NCBI GenBank assembly: GCA_964367355.1
Contig: CAYIWY010000001.1
Location: 100,340 to 164,339, forward strand
DNA: 64,000 nucleotides
Reading direction: 5' to 3'
Origin: an uncultured Gammaproteobacteria bacterium
GTDB lineage: Bacteria; Patescibacteriota; Microgenomatia; Woykebacterales; RBG-16-39-9b
A program made the translations under genes and the position numbers. Below are positions 58,329 to 64,000 of the stretch, piece after piece. How positions within the stretch are numbered: position 1 is the first letter of the stretch; each line of letters starts with the position of its first letter. A model generated the notes under the pieces. That model was given only the letters and a program-made list of their open reading frames with translations. It did not search any database and was not told the DNA's origin.

Positions 58329-59335
58329 TTTTTTAATTTTGATAGTAGCTTGAATTTGAAGGCTAGAAAACCGGAAACTGCTAAAAGTCCAATTAAGGTT
58401 AAACCAAGAAGAGGCTTTGAAAAAGATCCTTTAATTAAGTTTTTACTGTCCTTGTTTTCTTTTGCGCTAGATTGAGTAGCTGATTTGGTGGCCTTTTTAG
58501 TTTCCGCGAGACCTAGATTTTCAGAAGCATTAGAATTCTGATTGTCGGCACTTTCACCCAAAGATTGTCCGTTTTGGTTACTTGGACTTGGTTGATTTTG
58601 ATTTGAACTTGTGTTTGGTGAGTTTGGGTTGGTTGTAGTGTTGTTTTGCTGCAGAATCGCAGTAAAGAATAACTCCTTCGCAGAACTATTTCCAGCCATG
58701 TCATACGCTTGTGCAACAACTCTGTTCAAACCACTTGTTAAACTAATATTAGTTGAAAATGCCCCATCTGAACCAATAGTTACACCTTGACCGTTGAGTG
58801 TAAGTACACTGATCGGTGATGTAGGATCAGTAACTTTCCCAGTTACGGTCACACTGTTTTGATTAAGTGTTGAATTTTCCCCCGGCGAAGTAAAAGTAAT
58901 ACTAGGAGAATTGGGATCATATTTAACCACATGAGTATATATTGTACTGTTTGGTTGAACTGTCCCGCTGCAGGGTGGGTATCCAGGATAGGTAATGTGA
59001 TGGGTGTACTGAGAATAATAAATTGTGTGGGTACCCACCCCAACGGGGGTACCATCACTTGGACCACTTCTAGCTATATTTATGCTACCAGCATCACAAA
59101 CTCCAGTATGGATATTCCATTCACCTGAGTCGACTTTGTACATAGATGTTGCACCAGATTCTTCGGTTAAACTAAATCTTGGTTGTGTTTTGTAGTAACC
59201 ATTACTACCATCAGGCGTATTCGGTTTAATTGTTAATTGAACTACTCCCACAGCTAAAGCAACTGATTGGTTTATTAGACTTATAAAAGTTAATAAGCTT
59301 GCCAGAGCGATGATTAATTTGAATCTCAGTTTCAT
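58325..59335 (-). CDS. Secreted Ig-like domain surface protein with C-terminal membrane anchor
   Basis: Signal peptide, PDGSNGYY, P.ITFTSP...V.G...L..G.N...AYD.AGN, low-complexity stalk, TM plus Lys tail. Confidence 0.8.
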   Translation of the reverse strand: MKLRFKLIIALASLLTFISLINQSVALAVGVVQLTIKPNTPDGSNGYYKTQPRFSLTEESGATSMYKVDSGEWNIHTGVCDAGSINIARSGPSDGTPVGVGTHTIYYSQYTHHITYPGYPPCSGTVQPNSTIYTHVVKYDPNSPSITFTSPGENSTLNQNSVTVTGKVTDPTSPISVLTLNGQGVTIGSDGAFSTNISLTSGLNRVVAQAYDMAGNSSAKELFFTAILQQNNTTTNPNSPNTSSNQNQPSPSNQNGQSLGESADNQNSNASENLGLAETKKATKSATQSSAKENKDSKNLIKGSFSKPLLGLTLIGLLAVSGFLAFKFKLLSKLKK

Positions 59336-59404
59336 TTCGCCAATTATACACTATTAATACAACTATAAGACTTATTATCGGGTTTACTGTATAATTTAGT
59401 TACT

Positions 59405-59911
59405 ATGAATATGGAAATTAATAACCCAGACCTTGTTCAAAATCTGCTGAAAAAAAGAATTGTTAAATTGTTAGGAAAGGATAACGATCCAAGATCTAAA
59501 GAGGACTTGTTAATTGATGAGGACAAGCTAAAAACTGAGATTGCTGATTACAAAAAAGAAAACCCACCACAGCCGCAATTAGTACTTTACCCACCTTTTA
59601 AGGGTAGAATTAAAGCCATTTTTACTTCTAGTGAAGGTTCCAGCAAAGAAGGAATACTTACTTATGATAGTAATGAGGTTCGCCTATTGAGCAAACTTGA
59701 CAAAAATAAAAATAAACCTTTTACAGCGTCCGAGCTGGGTGATTTTTTAAAGAACCCAAGAAACGGAGTAGATTTTACAAAACCAAAAAGAAGAGGACTC
59801 GACACCAAGAATTCGCTTATAAAGAAGTTTGGACCAGACATCATCAAAACTACCCCTAAAGGATTTGTTTTTAATACTAATACACGCTTCGTTAGTAAAC
59901 TTCCTCACTAA
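59405..59911 (+). CDS. Hypothetical protein, possible C-terminal winged-HTH regulator
   Basis: E..LL..L...PFTASEL...LIKKFG..II.T...GF pattern. Confidence 0.5.
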   Translation: MNMEINNPDLVQNLLKKRIVKLLGKDNDPRSKEDLLIDEDKLKTEIADYKKENPPQPQLVLYPPFKGRIKAIFTSSEGSSKEGILTYDSNEVRLLSKLDKNKNKPFTASELGDFLKNPRNGVDFTKPKRRGLDTKNSLIKKFGPDIIKTTPKGFVFNTNTRFVSKLPH

Positions 59912-60006
59912 AGTTAAATTTTCCTCAAACTAACCAGAGTTTTAACTTAAACTTCCTCAAAAAAGTGTTTTTCAACCTCCGGGTATAACTCGATAATTGA
60001 TTTATC

Positions 60007-60240
60007 ATGAAAAACGAATTTAGAACAAAGGATTTATATGAAGCTGCCTATTTAGTTTCTGCCAATCTCCCCTTGCTAAAACTTGAAAAAGCAGATACCT
60101 ACTTTGTGTTTGTTTTTTCCGAAAAGTCCAAATGCGAAGCGTATTCCTCAAATTATTGGTCTGGCTTTGCTGTGGGCAAGATAAAAGATTTTGCTGACGC
60201 TTTGAAAATCCTGAAGGAAAGGTTATTCGCAAAAAAGTAA
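60007..60240 (+). CDS. DUF5659-like small protein
   Basis: FRTKDLYEAAYL...FVF...YW.G...LK.RLF. Confidence 0.7.
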   Translation: MKNEFRTKDLYEAAYLVSANLPLLKLEKADTYFVFVFSEKSKCEAYSSNYWSGFAVGKIKDFADALKILKERLFAKK

Positions 60241-60248
60241 AAGTTTAA

Positions 60249-60851
60249 ATGAACATGGAAATTAACGATTGGGTAAGAAAAGGTAAAACAATGATTTTTT
60301 GGCAATATCCGCCAAAGTTTCCTAGTGATGAGGAAATTGAAACTTTTGCTGATGGGCTAAAAGAAACGATCCCAGAAAAGCTAAATGTACTGTACGAACG
60401 TAAAGACTACCTAACGGATCGCTGCAAAAAACTTTTCTCAACTGCAAATAATCTTAGAGGAAAGAAAAAAATCTACTACCGTTCTTGGGCGATTACTGAA
60501 TATGAAGAAGTCTTGGTTATTGATAAGTGGCTTCTTTACTGGGTAACAATAAATTCAAAGTTAAACAGGAAAAAAATAATTGAGCCTAATTATAAATTCA
60601 CTCAAGCTGAGATTGAACGAGCTAAACAGAACACGTATGAATGGAACTTTCCAGGTAACTTAGATAATCGTTCCAAGAAACGTAAGGTTGGTCTTTGTCC
60701 GTTTCACGAAGAGAAGACACCTTCCTTTGTTATTTATTTAGAAACTAACAGCGCTCACTGCTTTGGTTGCCTTTGGTCAGGCGATGTTATTGCCTTTTAC
60801 CAAAAACTACACAATGTTAGCTTTGTTGAGGCAGTAAGGAGATTACTTTAA
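60249..60851 (+). CDS. CHC2 zinc-finger (primase-type) protein
   Basis: CPFHEEKTPSF...HCFGC...GDVI.F...SFVEAV. Confidence 0.9.
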   Translation: MNMEINDWVRKGKTMIFWQYPPKFPSDEEIETFADGLKETIPEKLNVLYERKDYLTDRCKKLFSTANNLRGKKKIYYRSWAITEYEEVLVIDKWLLYWVTINSKLNRKKIIEPNYKFTQAEIERAKQNTYEWNFPGNLDNRSKKRKVGLCPFHEEKTPSFVIYLETNSAHCFGCLWSGDVIAFYQKLHNVSFVEAVRRLL

Positions 60852-62236
60852 TGGATATTCTGGAACGAGCAGAAAAAGAATTGGAAGCATCTTACCAAAA
60901 AGATAAGAAAAAGGAGAAACCAAACTATACAGCTAATTTTAACGGTCTTGTTGATCTGGTTGAAGATCAGGAAAAGACAAAGTTTCTTACCTTCAAGGGC
61001 GAGATCTTATCTGAAAAAGAAATTGATGGGAAAGTGTACCTACCACCACCAAAGGTTGACTGGCTTCTTCCAAATGGTAAAAAAGTTCTTGAACTTGTGA
61101 AACTACATGATCTGGACACTTCGGACACAATGGACTCTATTCCAGGGTGTACTTATTGTCAGAAAACTCTTCTTCCTAAAATCCTAGCCTATTTTAGAGA
61201 CATCAGTCAGCCGCCCACGGGTTATCATTACTTGTTATTAGTTCTAGCGGCTTTTCATTCTTTCCTAATAGAATATTTCAACTATTCTCCTATCCTTTTT
61301 CTGGTGGCTACCAAAGGACGCGGCAAAACTCCAACCTTAAAAGCTCTAGCTTATATTTCAAGAAGAGGAATTCTCACAGAGACTTTTAGAGAGGCAAACT
61401 TAATACGTTGGGCAAGTGATTATCAAGCGTCTTTATTTCTTGATGTTAGAGACTTTCCAAAAAAGGTAGAGCGTGCTGCAGCTGAGGATTTAATTTATGG
61501 TCGAGCTGAACGTGGAGTTACAAGTTCTCGAGTCCTTTTTCCAGAAAAGGGTGCTTATCTGGACATGGTTACTTTTTCTTCTTTTGGGGTAACAGGAGCA
61601 ACAAGCAATGTGATGGTTGATGCTATTACTGAAGCCCGCTGCATTGTTTTTAATATGCCTTTTTCCAAAAAGGTATATGACATAGAACCTTCCAGAGAAC
61701 TAGGTTTGCCTATAAAAGAAGAACTAACAGCTTTTCGAATGGCTCACTTTAAAAAAGCATTTCTAAACGTTTATAAAAAAAGACCTGGCAAATTAGAAAA
61801 CTACTTACGTGGCTACCACCAAATGGTTCGAACACATTTTCCAACCTATGAAAAATCTTTTCTAAAGCTTAAGGAGGTTATTTACGAAAATAAACATGAG
61901 GAAGCAGAGAACACTTTGGAGGCCAAGTTACTTCTCGCTGTTATAAAACTAATAGAAAAAGTTGAGGACGGTGGCTTTTTAGCAACTGAGTTGGTGGCTA
62001 ACACAGTTAATGAAGGAATTTCAGAAAAATTTGCTCTAAGTACTGACAGAGTTGGTCGTGAGTTGAAGGGAATGGGCTTTAAATCAATTAAAAATTCTTC
62101 TGGGGATAAACGTGGGATTTTTTATAACGTAGATTTAATTGAATCTATAAAAGAACAGTATGGTTTAGTAGAAGCACCCCAAGAAAAAGTGTCAGATATG
62201 TCTGGAGTGCCAGAAAAATCTAAAGGGGAATTATAG
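60851..62236 (+). CDS. Putative replication protein (P-loop NTPase, DUF3631-like)
   Basis: P-loop-like ATKGRGKT, RCI motif, C-terminal wHTH-like region; coupled to the primase zinc finger. Confidence 0.6.
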   Translation: MDILERAEKELEASYQKDKKKEKPNYTANFNGLVDLVEDQEKTKFLTFKGEILSEKEIDGKVYLPPPKVDWLLPNGKKVLELVKLHDLDTSDTMDSIPGCTYCQKTLLPKILAYFRDISQPPTGYHYLLLVLAAFHSFLIEYFNYSPILFLVATKGRGKTPTLKALAYISRRGILTETFREANLIRWASDYQASLFLDVRDFPKKVERAAAEDLIYGRAERGVTSSRVLFPEKGAYLDMVTFSSFGVTGATSNVMVDAITEARCIVFNMPFSKKVYDIEPSRELGLPIKEELTAFRMAHFKKAFLNVYKKRPGKLENYLRGYHQMVRTHFPTYEKSFLKLKEVIYENKHEEAENTLEAKLLLAVIKLIEKVEDGGFLATELVANTVNEGISEKFALSTDRVGRELKGMGFKSIKNSSGDKRGIFYNVDLIESIKEQYGLVEAPQEKVSDMSGVPEKSKGEL

Positions 62237-62398
62237 ATGCCTATTCCTTTAGATAAATTTGAAGAATGTACTTGTGGAATATGTACAAGCCAAGATATAT
62301 CCGATAATTTTGGTTTTATCGGTAAAAAGTATTTTACAAACCTTGCTTTAGCAGCTTTAGTAGTTAGCAAAAATGATTCTGAAAAATCTAAAAAGTAA
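62237..62398 (+). CDS. 53-aa Cys-containing hypothetical protein
   Basis: Manual translation MPIPLDKFEECTCGICTSQDISDNFGFIGKKYFTNLALAALVVSKNDSEKSKK*; abuts the upstream stop. Confidence 0.45.
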   Translation: MPIPLDKFEECTCGICTSQDISDNFGFIGKKYFTNLALAALVVSKNDSEKSKK

Positions 62399-62433
62399 TA
62401 TTGCAAACTGTGTTATTTTAAAAAGACAACACC

Positions 62434-64000
62434 ATGTTACAAACAAATGGTTTAACTAATAACCAAATAACTACCCTCCCAAAAGCACTTTTCCGAGCAA
62501 AGCTTTATGCAAGAGTTTCAACTATTAGTCAAGCGGATGATAACAAATATTCTCTTGAAGAACAGGAAGACTGGGCTAGGAAGTTATGTCAGGAAAAGGA
62601 GTGGGAATTTGCAGGAGTTATCTCAGACACTTTAGTTGGAGATACTGAATATGAAAATAGGCCTGGAGGTACAAGTCTCCTTGAAGATGCAAAGCTTAAG
62701 CTGTTTAACCTAGTCCTTTTTTACCATAGTTCCAGAAACGCTAGAGAGACTTGGATAGGGATGAAAATGATCTCCGATCTTGGAAGGCTAGGTGTACAAA
62801 CTTACATTAAAAACGCTCCTATCGAACCGGTTCCTCAAGATAAGTTTATTTATGGAGCCAATATTGGCGCTGAATATGTTCAAGCCCTGTCGCTGATCGG
62901 CGACAAGCAAGAAAATTTTGCACGAAGCGAGAGAGTTACCTTTGGATTTAAAAATCTTGCACAGTTGGGAGTTTTAGTATTCGCGCCATACGGCTACAAA
63001 AAAATAAAGGAGTTTAAAAATATTAATGGCAAGGATAAAACTGTTTGGCGTTTTGAAGAAGACCCCGTTAAAACGGCGGTAGTAAGGCGAATTTTCAATA
63101 CCTACTTAAAAGGAGACAGTTTGAGAGGAGTAGCAAAAGGTTTAATCAAAGATAATACCCCCTCTCCCAGTGGAAAACTAGGTTTGGAAAGCTGGACTCC
63201 AGCTACAGTCAAAAATATTCTAAGCAATCCTGCATATATTGGTCAGGTTCGTTGGGGAAGAAAACTTGGAAGCAAATTTCGTCAGTTAAGAAGTGTCACT
63301 GGAAAGCAGAAAAGAGTACTAACAAATAAATTAGACTGGGTTATTTCTGATGGAAGTAATTTTTCAAGAATAATTGACAAAGCAACATTTATCAAAGTAC
63401 AAGAGAGGATTAAAAAAAGAGGAAAAATTGCTGGTACACAATTAGCTTCTAAGTCGTTGTTAACAGGTTTAGTTTATTGTAGCGACTGTAACAGAAGAGC
63501 GAACTGTAAGAGTAGAAAGATTAAGAGGCCAAACGGTGAAATTTACTATAAAAGTGATTTTATCGACCAAAGCTATTTTAGAGGTAATAGTTGTCGAAGG
63601 CACTTAATTGCCGCTGCAAAGCTTGAACATTTAGTTCTTGCCAAGCTCCAAGCCCGACTTTACGAGCTAAAGGAAACTGATATAGAAAAAGAGCTATCAT
63701 TTCAGGACCAAAAATCAGAGGACTTGATACAAAATTCGATGAGGCAAATAAATATTCAATTAAGAAGCTATAAAAGTAAACAGGATCGTCTGGTAAACGG
63801 TTACATTGAAGGATTCATTGGAGAGGAGGAGTATAAACAGCAAAAGGAAAAGTTAGCTTTGGAACAAACCTCACTTGACCAGGAAAAAACTGGTCTCCAA
63901 GGGTTACTTGAAGATCAAAGTAAAAAAATTAAGGCATTAGAAACTTTGAGGCAAGTATTAACTATGTTTTCCTCTGTTACGGATCCTCTAGTTAAAAAGG
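62434..64000 (+). CDS. Large serine recombinase (integrase), 3' end outside window
   Basis: Manual translation: LYARVST catalytic motif, RPG, APYGY, ILSNPAYIG, LLTGLVYCSDC zinc ribbon, coiled coil; all motifs in the same frame. Confidence 0.93.
   Translation, partial: MLQTNGLTNNQITTLPKALFRAKLYARVSTISQADDNKYSLEEQEDWARKLCQEKEWEFAGVISDTLVGDTEYENRPGGTSLLEDAKLKLFNLVLFYHSSRNARETWIGMKMISDLGRLGVQTYIKNAPIEPVPQDKFIYGANIGAEYVQALSLIGDKQENFARSERVTFGFKNLAQLGVLVFAPYGYKKIKEFKNINGKDKTVWRFEEDPVKTAVVRRIFNTYLKGDSLRGVAKGLIKDNTPSPSGKLGLESWTPATVKNILSNPAYIGQVRWGRKLGSKFRQLRSVTGKQKRVLTNKLDWVISDGSNFSRIIDKATFIKVQERIKKRGKIAGTQLASKSLLTGLVYCSDCNRRANCKSRKIKRPNGEIYYKSDFIDQSYFRGNSCRRHLIAAAKLEHLVLAKLQARLYELKETDIEKELSFQDQKSEDLIQNSMRQINIQLRSYKSKQDRLVNGYIEGFIGEEEYKQQKEKLALEQTSLDQEKTGLQGLLEDQSKKIKALETLRQVLTMFSSVTDPLVKK

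Larger units (their letters stand above)
56050..64000. mobile_element. comM-integrated element with large serine recombinase (right end outside window)
   Basis: Breakpoint in the comM NPCP|CG codons; primase zinc finger, replicase-like, DUF5659-like, TerS-like and serine recombinase genes. Confidence 0.85.

Overview
Low-GC bacterial chromosome segment using genetic code 11. It is most consistent with a Patescibacteria/CPR genome (Microgenomates-like; inferred from the missing rpmD/L30 in the spc block, many leaderless promoters and a fermentative gene set). 1-22 kb: complete str-S10-spc-alpha ribosomal protein superoperon, with a family of covarying mini-hairpins in its spacers. 22-33 kb: membrane genes, a pyk-ppsA-eno-ldh operon and an ECF sigma/anti-sigma pair. 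About 32.8-41.9 kb: an accessory array anchored on tRNA-Pro(GGG). Its cargo blocks (toxin-antitoxin pairs, DUF3800 plus a structured RNA, a HEPN-like protein, peptidases) are separated by 6-7 copies of a repeat. The best-preserved copies start with the antisense tRNA 3' end, and all are conserved at the protein level (W-S-x-L-L-D-D-I-R-N-L-W-P-Q-L-N-S-F-x-F-S-P-Q-N-L-N-R-F). They look like serial att scars carrying an integrase C-terminus, and most are interrupted at the same spot by small hairpin insertions. 42-55 kb: recA, recX, rny, ymdB, HU, miaA, transporters and RNase P RNA. 55-64 kb: comM is cut at its NPCP|CG motif by an integrated element with a TerS-like gene, surface proteins, a primase/replicase module and a large serine recombinase that runs off the window. 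All calls are from reading the sequence; no database searches were run.
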